From: Octopus sinensis
Taxonomy: Eukaryota
Reading direction: 5' to 3'
Assembly: GCF_006345805.1 (NCBI RefSeq)
Contig: NW_021832120.1
Location: 248,001-312,000, forward strand
DNA length: 64,000 nucleotides
Position 1 is the stretch's first letter. Each line of letters begins with the position of its first letter. The notes under the pieces are model-generated. The model worked only from the letters and a program-made list of their open reading frames with translations, was not told where the DNA came from and searched no databases. This document shows positions 13,416 to 25,959 of the stretch, piece by piece. Made by a program: the position numbers and the translations under genes.

Positions 13416-13660
13416 GTTAGAAATTTAAATTCAGTTTTGTTTGGTTTCTTGTGGTGTTTTCAATTTCTTTCATTGCATCTGTTTATCTCTTTCTTATCCT
13501 TCTATCTCTCTTATCCTTCTTCTCCATCCCTCTCTTTCCCTTTTTTTTTCTTTTTTTCCTTTTTCTTTTTTCCTTTTATCCTTTCATTTTTGTCTATCCC
13601 ATTTCCCCATTTTTATTCTCTTTTCCTCTATTCTATTGGACTCTTCTGTAGCTATCCCCC

Positions 13661-16270
13661 ATGTCATTTTGTTTATCTTGTAAATCTGTTAATTCTCGCA
13701 AACCGGGTCGCTCCTGCTCCTCTTGCAGTCAGTTTTTCCACCTCTTGTGTGTTAAACTCACTAAACGTGATTCGGCGTCAATCCTTTCTTGGAAGTGCCC
13801 CTCATGCCTCCTACACACGTGGATCCCTAAGCCTTCTCCCCACCCGGCGCCCATCCTGCCCGACAAGTTCTTGTCGCTTCTTTCCGAATCCCGAAGCCTC
13901 CGCGTAATCCCTGCAAGAATTCCCAAATCTGCACGAATCTGCGTTGCTGATACGCTATCCGACATAATCGATCAGTCCCTTAAAAGCAATCTTCCAGAAA
14001 CTTGGTGCAAACTATTTTCGTTTCCTTCTGTTTGTCCGGGCGCTGCCTCTCGTAAAACGGAGTCAGTAAATAGGACGTCGGCCGCTCAGCAGATTAAAGA
14101 CCGCTGCAGTTCGTTCATAAAGGCACCCTTCGACTTATCATGTATCACGCCAGACCACCCCTCGACCGCGAAATCTCGCGGGCCTCTTAAACAAGACGAA
14201 GGGGTACGCTTAGCCCGGTCAGTTAACAGCAGACTAATGCATGGAGATGTCTCAGCTGCTGTTCGCCTGATTTCATCCACGGCATCCATTGCTCCGCATA
14301 CTGATTCCGTTTTGAATTCACTCCAGTTGAAACATCCTCCCGCTCCACCTGATATCCGTGAACCCTCTCACATAGCCAAATCCGAACGAATTGTTTCCTC
14401 CAGTGACGTGTTAGCCTGCCTTGGATCATTTCCACCGAGCAGTAGCGGGGGAGTAGATGGCCTTAAGCCGATACACCTAAAGGATCTTGTCGCGCCCATG
14501 ACAGGGGAATCTGGTGCACGCCTCCTGTCCTCGATTACATCCTTGTACAGCAGAATTGTCTCTGGAAATATCCCATCTTTTGCACGCGATTTACTGTTTT
14601 CGGCCAACCTGACGGGACTTAATAAAAGTGATGGGGGCATCAGACCCATCGCTGTGGGAAACACATTCAGGAGGCTCTCTGCAAAAATTATCCTCAGTGT
14701 TGTCCTCCCTGATTTGAGCTCTCAGCTGCTGCCACATCAGTTCGGTGTCGGTGTTCGCGGTGCTTGTGAGGCTTCTGCCCTTGGGGTGAGGGAGTTGGTC
14801 ATCAATGGCAATCCAAAAATTCCATATCTTGTTAAGCTGGACGTGCGCAACGCTTTTAACAGTGTTCGCAGAGACCACATCCTGGAAGTTGTGCACACCC
14901 GCTGCCCGGCACTCCACCCAATTGTCCTCTATCTCAGGCATTCTCAACCTTTTTTTGTTCATCGCCCCCTTAGATATTTTATCGCCCCCCTTTGAAATTT
15001 TATCGCCCCCTTGTCCACATACAATTTAAATTTTTGGGCATTGTCCCTTAATTGGTTGTTTTTTGTATATAACTCAAAAATCAAAATATAAATATAAATC
15101 AAATGTAAAAAATTGAATTTTTATTAAAAAAATATTAGTGAGACCCTTGATATTGATGTTTACTCGCTAAGTATTCTATGTCGGGTTTAAATCCCATTAA
15201 AACAGCTTTACTATCTACAATGACGCTTTCATCAATTTGTAATGAAAACTTACTTCGCTTCAGTCTTTCAATAAGGATTTCCTTTACATTGTCACCCATT
15301 TCACCAATTCTTCGACGAATCACCTGAACGTGTTAGTTAATGGTTAAGACGGTGATTTTGTTTGGCTTAAATAATAATAATAATCGAATCATTGCTAAGA
15401 GGTAGACTTTTAATAATTTTAGAAGCATCTTGATGCATTACATCCGATATTATTACTTCCAGTGATGGAATTATTGCATTTTCTGCGATAGTATGAAAAC
15501 TGGAAGTTTTCGCAATAATTTCAGCAATTTTATAAGAAGCGATGTGCGCACCCACAACTGCATATAAATAAATGTTAAATAACCATCATGTACTGGCTTT
15601 GTGAATAACGATTTGATTTATCCGGGTGCTTGCGTTTTAGATGATCCTGTAATCGTGATGGCTTCATCGCCTCATTTGAGAAAGTACATTGACAAATAAG
15701 ACAATAAGGCTGTTTTGTATCTTCAGTACTTTGAATAAACCCATATTTTAAATATTCGTTTTGATAATGACGACTTTTCTTATTTGAGCGAGAAGACATC
15801 TTAGATACCAAACAAGAATGTAAAAACAGCGTGCTATTTTAAAATCGCCCCCTTGTAAAAAATTATCGCCCCCCTGTACAAAATTTTCGCCCCTAGGGGG
15901 GCGATTCGCCCCTGGTTGAGAACACCTGATCTATCTTATGCGCGTTCCTCGAATCTCCTTTTTGGGAAAAATCTGTTGTCCTCAGCGTCTGGGGTTCAGC
16001 AAGGGGACCCATTGGGACATCTCCTATTTGCCCTCGCAGTGGACCATATTGCTCAAAGGCTTTTGTGCCCGCTAAATTTCTGGTATCTCGACGATGTCAC
16101 CTTAGGTGGCTCGCTTGAAAATATTCATAACGACGTTGCTGATATTATTTCGGGTTTTAGCCAAATTGGCTTATCCCTTAATGGCTCCAAGTCGGAATTT
16201 ACCCTGCTCTCCCTCGATCATTCTTTATTTCATCCTGCCTTCACGTCCCTGTCCGAGAAAGTTGTCGGTC
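13661..16270 (+). pseudogene. CRE element N-terminus: PHD-like finger plus reverse transcriptase, interrupted by a hAT element
   Basis: CLSC..CSSC..FHLLC..WKCPSC; GGIRPIAVG, QFGVG, KLDVRNAFNSV; after the hAT insert, GVQQGDPLG and WYLDD. Confidence 0.88.
14935..15928 (-). mobile_element. Non-autonomous hAT (Buster/ZBED5-like) deletion derivative
   Basis: TIRs CAGGCATTCTCAACC / GGTTGAGAACACCTG; TSD CTCTATCT/ATCTATCT (7 of 8 match); BED finger (YLKYGF..PYCLIC..MKPSRLQDHLKRKH), FSLQIDES, and C-terminal QYQGSH. Confidence 0.92.
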
Positions 16271-16990
16271 TTTGTACATTGCTTCCCCGGTCTTCAAGCA
16301 CTCCTAGGTATCGATAGCTTTCGATACCATCCAGAGTTCTGCAGCTCTCCAATGATTCTAGATTAGTCGCAGACTTCTGAGAGTTCATTTCAAGCCCCGC
16401 AACTTCAAAGTTCTCAACAATAATATCCATCATTTTAATGACAGTTTCTTCTTTCTGTGCAAGAATCTTTAGGTCGTCAACACAAAATAGGTGGTTCGTA
16501 AAGTATGCCAGCATACTGGGGTCTTCCTGACCAATCCACAGCTTGGGAAATTTTGAATTAAGTATTCTGCTCAGTGGATCCATTACCAGTACGAACAATT
16601 GCGGGGATAAGGCGTCTCCTTGTAGAATTCCACAATTCAATTTAACAGCCCCAATTCTCTTTCTCCCAAAATGAAGGCAAACTGTCCACCTCTCCACCAA
16701 GCTTTTTATAAAGTTGATTATCCATAAGGGAATTCCCGACCAGTCCAACACATTAAACAGGAATTCGTGATTCACCGAATCAAAGGCTTTCTTAACATCC
16801 ACCCATGATGCACAGCGATTATTGCCATATTCTCGATTTATGCACTGATTGATAAGGGCTTGTTCCTTAGCACCCTGACATTGTCTCCTCGTTCCCAATT
16901 GATTTTAAGAGACCAAGCCGAACGCATCCACATAGTCAGAGAGTTTGATGTTTACACATTTTGTCACAAGTTTATAGAGAGCAGCCATGC
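16271..16990 (-). mobile_element. R4/Dong-like reverse transcriptase fragment (host of the CRE insertion)
   Basis: QGAKEQALIN, WVDVKKAFDSVNH, GILQGDALSPQLF, NHLFCVDDLK, YRYLGVLED. Confidence 0.85.
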
Positions 16991-19448
16991 ACGTCATCCC
17001 AGGCTGAGAAGGAGAGACGTGGTGTGGTCGATTGTGGGAAGAAGAGGTAGTCTTTATGTGTGTGACCAGCTGACACTTTCGGTCGATATTTTTCCATTGA
17101 CGTTGTTTTGACTTTATTGGACGTGTTAATTAGACTGACCTCAATTAATTTAGTTATAAATTTAAAGTTGTATAATTACTGATTAACCATGTCATTCCAC
17201 TGATTGCACTCAAACGCGAACTTAACTTGTCCCTCAGGCCTTCTTGTGCAGCCAAACCAGAGATTATTAGTGGATTATTGCAATTCATAGTGAGATAGTC
17301 CAGCACTACAAATCGGCAGTCACAGTCCACCATAAGCCATTTGAATTTGTGATGAAAGTAGAGTGGGGTGACTGACCATGCAGAATGCCGTTTCTCTTCG
17401 ACGGAACTGATCCCTGTGTCATTATCTTTTAAATAAATTTTCCCTCATCGTCGCTTCGCCAGTCACGGAGGTTTCCATTAAATCGAACCATTAAATCTCG
17501 ACACAGACAGTTTCTTCTTTCTTTGCTTCTTCATTCGATTAGTTAGCTGTGACTGTTTGTGCTGGGTTTGCTATGCAAGCTTGGGGGTAAATAAAAAAAA
17601 TTAAATCACAGACACCTCGAAATGGAGACGAGTGAATCAAACCAAGGTGGGGAGATGAATTGAGCTGATTGTTTTTGAAATATTGAGAGGGTTGACAAGT
17701 AGGTCATCAGATAACGCAAACTGCGAGGACGCCAGTGGTCATATAGAGAGACTTGGGCAGAAACCCAGACATCATGATAATCGGAGAACGACACAGGTAT
17801 ATCGTCTATGATCGAACCGGCTTCCAAATTTGGGAGAACGTCAGGCTGAAAAACGTGGATTGATTTACTTCGTTACAAAGAGAAAAGTCTAACCACCTCA
17901 TCAGCATAAGAGGGGAAAGCCAGGAATATGCGGAAAAACCTAAGATCTGACTCACATGTTGTCGGTTTATTTGCCTTGGTGATTTGGAGGGCTTAGCGCA
18001 TTCTAATTTTACGAAAGAGCGTATGGACGTATTGAATCAAAACCACCATTTCTAAAAGTAGCTATGAGGGCTCGCTGCAAGGACTTGTTTTGTCTGGAAG
18101 CTACATATTCTGGCTCAGACGGAACGAGGGAACGATCACGAAATACTTCCAGAATTTGTGAAAGTGATATTTTGGCTAGACTCAGTGAGCTTTGGCCCAT
18201 ACTCACCATATGATAGTTTAGGTGGGTCAACTGCATTATGTCTAAACCCAAGTAAAGGGGATGTCAGGTTTGATGCCACTCTGTCTGTAGAAGTTTGCGA
18301 AATGGAGCATGTAATAATGTGAAGCCCTCTCATTTAAGGCTTAAACACAACTTGAAGGACTAAGCTAACTGGGAGAGTAAAGAGTGGCAATAAACCTTGA
18401 AAAACAGTCTTAGGAGACTAACATGGACTTTTGTTGGCCCACGACGGAAACAGATAGATGATTGCCACTCTACCGCAAGTTTTGAAAAGGGATCTCAGCT
18501 CCGTTGGTAAGAAATTACAAAACGGAGACGAATTTAACAAAATAGCAGACGACGAATTATCAAATGCCAGAAAATTCATTTAATACTAACAAAAACTAGG
18601 AGGAGACGTCGTTTATAGACCAATCGAAGTATTATTCATAATCTAAAAAACACATTCCCCTAAATTCTAACCTAAAAAACACATTTCCCTAACTAACAAA
18701 ATATTTTTTTGTTTTAAAAACAGGAAAAGAAATCGCGGATAAATTAGAGTATTTGCATTCACTAGCTACAGGAAGAAAGGACATCAATGTTTGATTGTTA
18801 ATAATTAGTTTAATGTGAAAATTTTGTTGCTGAGATCGTTAAAGAGCAGTATAAAGATTTAATATTTGACAGAATTAGCCATCAATGTGTTCGCTGCAAA
18901 ACGGACATAAATTACATATTTTTTGATAAAAGTCTGTGGTAGTCGGTATTCCTATAATTTACTCAGATTTAAATAACATTTTCAATTTTTATTAAAAAAT
19001 AGATAATTTGAATTTTAATCATGCTATTGACTCAAAAATAAAAATATGAAAACGTATTCGCTGGGGAGGCAAATTTTAAAAATACAATTTACGATTTCAA
19101 CAAAAATTCGTGGACGAACCAATCGTAAAAATTATTCATTATTTAAATATTTGTTTAAATCGATTCTGTACAACATTTTATTTTTGGAGCAATAAAAAGA
19201 AGCTTGATTGAGTAATTATTCAATTTTACATTTGATTTAGTAGTAAATTAACACTTCCAACATCGGTTCTATTTAAGCTGAGTTATTTGTTTAATCAGTA
19301 AATTCAGTGTCTAAAAAGAATTATTTGCTAGATCCGCCCAACTGGAAACTCGAGACGAAAAGAAATGCTCATAGATTACACAAATCACATGTCAGTTTAA
19401 AAATGTATCACAACCTCATGAAAACTCTGTTATTCAAATAAATATAAT

Positions 19449-20313
19449 TTAATTAAAATTTTGTTCTTCAAGGAAACGTTGAGTGTCCTTTTCAAGTCTC
19501 CGGACATCCTCAACGGTCATTCCCGAATACTCGTCCTGCCAACACCAAATTCTCCGGTGATCACGGAGAAGAATCTGCGGAATAGCTAAAAATCATTTTT
19601 TGAATAACAACCATAATTGTGTATAAATTTCTCAATTTTATGAGACAAAAATGGATAGTTAAATTCGACAGTGCATAATTTGTACACACAAATTGCGACA
19701 GAACTGTCCAATTTCTCCATCCAGTCCATCGGAAGTGGACTCAGTGAGTTTTTAGTGGACACAAATATACGCGGGTCCTCACTTGGACAATAATATTCGA
19801 CCTTATCTCGACAAATATCCAGCAATATGACCTGATTGTAAATAAATAAAGTCAGACATTAATTTTTTCTCGGTCATCTAAGTCAAAGACGTTTTCTGAG
19901 CTTCCCACGTCTTGGTCGACTATACGACTTTCCACAGTAATCGACAGCTTTGATAGGAGAGGACAACGATAGACAGTTTTAATAAGAGGATATGCATTCC
20001 AGGCCTCTTCTTCAATGTGGAGAGACTTTGGGGCGATATATGCCACCCAGCCTAAAAATTATTTTGAAAAGTTACCTGGGAGATGATCGGCTAATGAAAA
20101 TTCCTTGACAGTGTGTTGACCAGTGCCACCATAGCCTTCCAAATATGGCTCGTTCTTAATTATTTTGATAGAACTGCCTTTACTGATGCTGTCTTCTTTA
20201 CATTTCCTCTTTAAATAGTGGTGCTGTATAAAAACCTGAGCCATATATATTTGTCCAATTTTGAATAAATTTGAGGACAGAGGAAGGGGAATTCTGTATT
20301 CTTTAATCAACAT
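19449..20313 (-). CDS. Phosphatidylinositol transfer protein (START-like PITP); 4 micro-introns
   Basis: MLIKEYRIPLPL, KNEPY..GQHTVK, EEEAWNAYP, EDP, CVYKLCTVEF, HRRIWCWQDEY.GMT.EDVRRLE; the frame is clean after splicing. Confidence 0.93.
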
Positions 20314-20796
20314 TGATTAAATAATTATAACTTAATTAAAATATAAGTAATTATATAAAATTATTAAAAAAGTTTAGAAATTGAAAATTTTTTTATTTAA
20401 GTAGTCAATCTGGTAAAATGTCACAAAAATTTCAAAATCGGATTTTATAGATCAATTCAGTTTTTTTAAATACATTTTTAAAAAAGATTTGTAGACTATC
20501 GACACAAATAGTATATTACTGATTAAAAATATTCAAAAACATTGTTACTACATTACCCAGTGATATACTCGTAAACTCCAATCAAAAAATATAAAGAATT
20601 TCTTTTTAACATTTTAATATTTATATATGTTAATTATGTTTTAAATCTGGTTTGGGAACAGCATTCCGGAGATGGGTGATTATTTTTTTTAATTTCCGGA
20701 AAACCCTTTAATGGAGATTAAGTTTTTTTGCTAATTTTCAATCTGATTAAAAAAATGTTGTTTTAAGTTTTAAATAAAATATTAAACAAAATTATC

Positions 20797-20804
20797 GTAG
20801 CAAC
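20797..20804. promoter_or_regulatory. Possible RFX X-box half-site immediately upstream of a ciliary gene
   Basis: GTAGCAAC matches the RGYAAC half of the X-box and ends 2 bp before the NPHP1 ATG; the other half is poor. Confidence 0.3.
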
Positions 20805-20806
20805 CA

Positions 20807-23800
20807 ATGGGACTATTTGGTGAAAAAGGAGAGTTAGGAATCATTCAAAAAAAATCTCAGGCTTTAAAAAAAGAGGCAAGACTTTAAACTCACAATAGAC
20901 GGCTGTAGAGAACAAACAATTAATTCTCATATTAAAAAATCATTCAAAAAATACAGACGTCGTCCTTGATTTAAATGAAGACATAAATAGGTACGTGACC
21001 TCAAACGAGTTTTAGAGCCCAATCACTTTACCAGAGAATCGAAGAAGTGAAGAAAGAGCTCGAATCACTTCCAGAAGTAACTTAATAAAGACTATTTAGG
21101 ACACAACTGTAAAAAATTGGAGCAGAAAAATACAAACTGAAAAGGAAAAATTAACAACAATGCAGGTTTCTATGAAAATTCAACTCTTAGATGCAACTTG
21201 GGACAAATATTAAATATATTTCTGACATAACATTTAAAGAGAAGGCAGACTCACTTAAAGATCCCAAGAATGACAATCAAGATACAGAGGAAGCTCAGCA
21301 AGACCTACCTACACAAAAAACTGTCGATTCAGAATTGGAAAATAAGGAAACAACTAAAGAAAATGTTCAACTTTCAGAAAACACTGAAGAAAAAGAACTT
21401 GACAAAAATATTAGTGAAGCCGAAACTTTTGATGAAGAAGAGGAATCCGAACCGGAACTTGACCCTAAAAATAGCATTCCTCCACCGATAAACAATGAGA
21501 CTAATACGGAAATGCAGCTACAAGTCAACAGTGAAACAACTCAGGAAATCCAGCCACAACTGGAGGGGGAAAATATTCAGGACATGCAGCCACAAGTCAA
21601 CAGTAAAACTATACAGGAAATGGAACCACAACTAGAGGAGGAAAATATTCAAAACATACAACCACAAGTGAACAGTGCAAGTACTCAAGGAGAAGAAAAA
21701 CAAACAAAAGAAAACATAAATGTCGAAAATGATGAAATATCAAATATGATTGGAAACGAAATTTCAAAAAATGAGATTTTAGAGACAACTGTATGTGAGG
21801 ATTCGAAAGAAGTTGAAAGTAAAGAGCAGAGTGATGAAAATAAGATTTTGATTGAAGAAACTACAAAAGTAAACATAATTTATTTCAATTTACAGACATT
21901 AAATCAAAATATAAAGACAAATGAGAATGAAATAAAATATTTAGTACTCCAAGACTGGGAAGGGGAGGATGTAGAGGATCTTGAAGTGACCAAGGGAGAG
22001 ATACTTACTCTCGTGGACAAACAGTTATCTATTCCCTCATGAAATGTAGAGATGATCCCTGGTGGAATATGAAAAACGATTCAGGAGATGAAGGCATTGT
22101 CCCAAGTAACATTCTCAAAATATTTGGAAATGATTTGGAACTAATTCAAAATAATAGTGAGCAGTAATGTTGATTATTCACAGTACAAGACGGAATTCAA
22201 GACATCCAAGGTGACGTGAAAGAGGAGGACTTGAAAGAACATGTGCACAGAACAGAGTCTTGTGTACAAATCGAGGAAGGGTTCGCAGAAAAAATAATAT
22301 CAAACTCAATGAAAAACAAAAAAATTAACGAAAAAGTTTGTTAGATTGAAATAAATGACAGATTAAACTTATAAACAATCTCCAGACTGCGGACAGAATT
22401 CCCGAATACTGCCATATCAGTCACTTTGAATCACTCGAGGCAGGTTGACTTAATTTAGTGATGTAAAAGATGAAAAACATGGAACTGCTTGGGCACTTCA
22501 TCCCCGTCTGGGGAAATCGTCAATCACATTTACCAACTTGGTTCATGACGAGGTTATCAATTCTGTCATAAATTTGACAGATTACAACTAATAAAATAAA
22601 AATGGCATTCCAACGGATCATGAGTATCAAAAAAATAAGAAATATTAACTTCAAAGTTAGTCCAGGTAATTTTCCAAAATATATTTTTGATAAATTTTAT
22701 TATTCAAAAACTTATTTTTTTAGAAATAACTATTCTTTCACGGCATATAAGATTTGCACTTTATGAAGACAATGTACATTCTTTAAATCTAAATTTCAGA
22801 AATTTGGGAATATTTTGGCATGTGAGAGTTCGAAACAATCTCCTGATAAATGCACGTGGTTATTTGTCAAAAAAGTAAAACAATTTTAATTCGATTTTAG
22901 AGAGTTGGATCAAATTGTAGAACAAATCCAGTTTTTTTCGTCAATTCTAGTGCAGAAAATATTTTGTTTGAAGTCTGCATGACAATCACGTGTCCGGTTT
23001 ATGCCGAGAACGATAAATCTTAGGACTTTGGAGAAATTGAGATATCCTGTGGATGGGGACGACTACCCTTGGGACATATCCCTAATGGGTAACTATTATT
23101 TGTCACAATATATAGTAATCATGTAATTCGAATACAGGGGGGATTTCTCTTACAAAAAGGATCTTGTATTCCAAGTAATAAACCAAGTAATTTTTAAAAA
23201 AATAACATGAATTAAGGGCGTCTAAGTGCATTTCTTGGGATAAATTTAAATCTCACTGCTGAAATTGTTGTCAGATTGACACCTCTCAGAGGCGCATATG
23301 CAAATAAATTAAAGTTGAATGAGATTTAATCATTAAAGGTCACTTCCTGTTAACTTTATTGGTTCTTCTTTGTGGATTGATCTATTGGAGAAATATCGAA
23401 AAATACAGTTGAACGAATTTGTTACTAAAGGAAACTTTTTAGAGCAACCTAATGGTATTTTTGATTATGTAATATTTCTAGATGGTTTTCTGTCTCCTTT
23501 CTTAGTCTTAATTCCGTCGTTGTTCGACCAATATGACATTTGGGATGTCTTTAATGTTAATTTTTTATCAATCACATTTAGAATTTATATGAAGAACGTA
23601 TTAAAACCATTCAAAAACCAGACCGGACCGAAGAACTGAAATATTTGGTCTTGAGATTTCTTTATCCTCTTTTAAGCATCGAACAGATGCCGAAATATGC
23701 ATTTGGCAATATCTCAACTCTGAAGGTTTAAGTCTAGTTGAATATTTTTAGAGTCGAGAAAATATAATTCAATTCTTTGTAAATTTGTATCGTAAAGAAA

Positions 23801-23901
23801 CTTCCGGCTCACTATTTCTGAGTGAATTAGGACAATATAGTTACAAACCGTTGGAGGTACATGAAATGTCTTATGAATTGTTACAATACTACACCAATTA
23901 A
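20807..23901 (+). CDS. NPHP1: Nephrocystin-1-like ciliary transition-zone protein (coiled coil, acidic region, SH3, NPHP1 C-terminal domain); 17 introns
   Basis: Continuous frame after removing 23-30 nt introns (one 57 nt; the first is GC-AG). SH3: YLVLQDWEGEDVEDLEVTKGEILTL..DDPWW..GDEGIVPSNIL; then ILSRHIRFALY, ILFEVC, EISCGW. Confidence 0.82.
21511..21675 (+). repeat. Coding tandem repeat, ~72-bp / 24-aa unit, ~2.3 copies
   Basis: MQLQVNSETTQEIQPQLEGENIQD / MQPQVNSKTIQEMEPQLEEENIQN / IQPQVNS. Confidence 0.75.
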
Positions 23902-23980
23902 GTTATTATTTGTTTGCAAATAACATAAATCTTGTTCTTAGCATTAAAAATCATCTGTGTCAATTAGAGTGATTCTATAC

Positions 23981-24335
23981 TTAAGATTCTTGAAATTCCC
24001 AACGGTTTAATTCTCTAAGTATATAAAAAAGCCTTATCGTCAAAATCGACAATTTCGTCTCCGAATCCTAAATATATTGTCTCAATTTGAGGTTCACTGG
24101 TGACGGTTTTACTCAGTGACGGTCTACCTATACGTTTCGGGAACCTAAATTTGCTTTTGTTCAAACCAGAGCCTGCTTTCCTATTTTTTCCACCTTAGCT
24201 TTCAAGAATTCTGTTTGCTCAGTTCTAGTTTTTTTTCCGGAACTCAATGAGCTTTCAGAATACTCCTCCGCCTGTTTAGTGTTCACTTAACCTTTGTTTT
24301 CCTGCGATTCCTTCAGTCCAAAAGAGCTGAAACAA
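23981..24335 (-). CDS. 3' exons of an unidentified gene convergent with NPHP1
   Basis: Short exons (SSFGLKESQENK|AEEYSESS...DSETKLSILTIRLFYILRELNRWEFQES*) separated by micro-introns, one of 20 nt. The first exon pair recurs at ~27938-28020 and ~53627-53710. Confidence 0.4.
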
Positions 24336-24807
24336 AATTTTCTACTTAAATACATTAAGCAAACTTCGCTCAAAATCAGACCAACTTTAGTTGGCCTCAC
24401 TAAACTACACTGGTCAGCAGCATACAAGAAACTGGCTCAAAGCATTTAAAAATCCTAGCACATGATTACTACTAGACGATGAATCCCTACGAATTAGTAT
24501 CTGCTTAGGCATGGGCTTGGATATCTGCCAGCCCCACCAATGCCGGTTTCATGTAAGAAAAGTTCTGGTAGAATTTCTTGTCAAACTCTACTTAACGACG
24601 TTTTTATGAGTGCTTTAGAGTCGGCAGGTTTCCTTTCCGTTCTAGAGCCTGTCGGTCTTTTCAGGAGAGACAGTAGGCGTCCCGACGGTGTGACTATTTT
24701 TTCTTTAAAGAAGGCAAGTTCTCGGTTTGGAATGCCACTTGTGCCGACTCGTTATCTGCGACGATGCTATCAAAGACCGTTAGCAACCTGGGCTCCGCCA
24801 ATGTTCA

Positions 24808-25959
24808 GTCAAAAACTTTTTTTTAAATTCAGTCCCTTTTATTTTATGTTTCATGAAGGCCCACACGTGCTCGATTGGATTCAAATCGGGACTTTGAGGA
24901 GGCCATTGTAATAACTTAATTCGGTGTTCATTAAAAAAATCTTTAGCCACTTTGCATGTGTGCTTTGGATCATTATCTTGCTGATAAATTGGAGACCGGA
25001 TTCCGGTTTTCTCCAAAAAAGGCAACAAATAGTCCGCCAAGATACTTACATATAAGTTCCCATTCATAATTCCCTTTATCCAAACAAGTTCCGAAAAACA
25101 TTCCGATGTAAATGCGCCCCAAACCATCACGTTCCCTTTTCCAAACTTGACTGTTGTAGTAACATTTTCGCTTAAAAGCCTTTGTCCCCTTTTTCTCCAG
25201 ACAAATTTTCTTCCATCGGGATTAAATAGATTGAATTTCGATTCATCACTAAAGATAACTCGATTCCAGAACACATTCGGCAACATGTTCCACTTAATGC
25301 ACTGAGAAAGTCTAGTCTTTTGTGTTTTTTCGACAGATATGGCCTTTTCGTAGGCTGAAACGTCGATATGTTCAGTCTTTTCAAATAGTTCCTCACTGTC
25401 TGTGATGTGACAGCAGTTCCCGTTTCAGAACGTAAAATTTCCGGACATTTTACAGAATTGAAATCAACGTCAGTTTTTTGTTCACGTTGAATTATTCCGA
25501 GATCATCAGAGTTAAGTTTAAATCTTCGTCCTGAGCCTTTTTTTCTCTGAAAGGAATCATTCATGGTGAAGTTTCAAATGACTTTCAAGATGGCACTCAG
25601 AGATCTTCCGGTCAAATTTCTTATTTCCCGATATGACTTTCCGACTTTATAATACGTAATAATTTTTGCTTTTTCTTGTAATGTAAGTTTTAAAACCATA
25701 TAACAAGAATCAACACGTGTAATAAAATAAAAAATGGTTTAAAAAACTCTTTTGTTCTCTTTTTTATTTTATTTTGTTCTTTTTTTATTTTGTTTGGACA
25801 AAACTGGATTTAATTACGGTCCGAAATATAAGTTGTTTTATTTTTTTAAAGCTAAAGTTATGTTTGTCTTCTAAAAATTCTATTTTTGTTAAAATAAATC
25901 AATCATTCAATAGAAAAAAATCGAGAAAATGAGTGTTCCGTTTTTTATTTGTATCGCTG
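24808..25959 (-). mobile_element. Tc1-family transposon A, frameshifted and truncated at its 3' end
   Basis: GSGRR HTH region, VIFSDESKF, VKFGKGNVMVWG, QQDNDPKH, WPPQSPDLNPIEHVW (DD34E). One TIR end ...GTATCGCTG followed by TA. Confidence 0.9.

Larger units (their letters stand above)
12457..16270. mobile_element. CRE-clade non-LTR retrotransposon with inverted 5' segment, inserted in an R4-like element
   Basis: 9-bp TSD TTTGTACAT (12448-12456 and 16271-16279). The REL end reads on the minus strand; the PHD-like and RT parts read on the plus strand. Confidence 0.85.

Noticed and set aside
13437-13683. Phe/Leu/Ser-rich membrane-protein ORFs
   Set aside because: Translations of the pyrimidine-rich 5' UTR of the CRE element.
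12496-14962. Numerous overlapping antisense ORFs in the CRE element
   Set aside because: Expected shadows of GC-rich coding sequence; no motifs.
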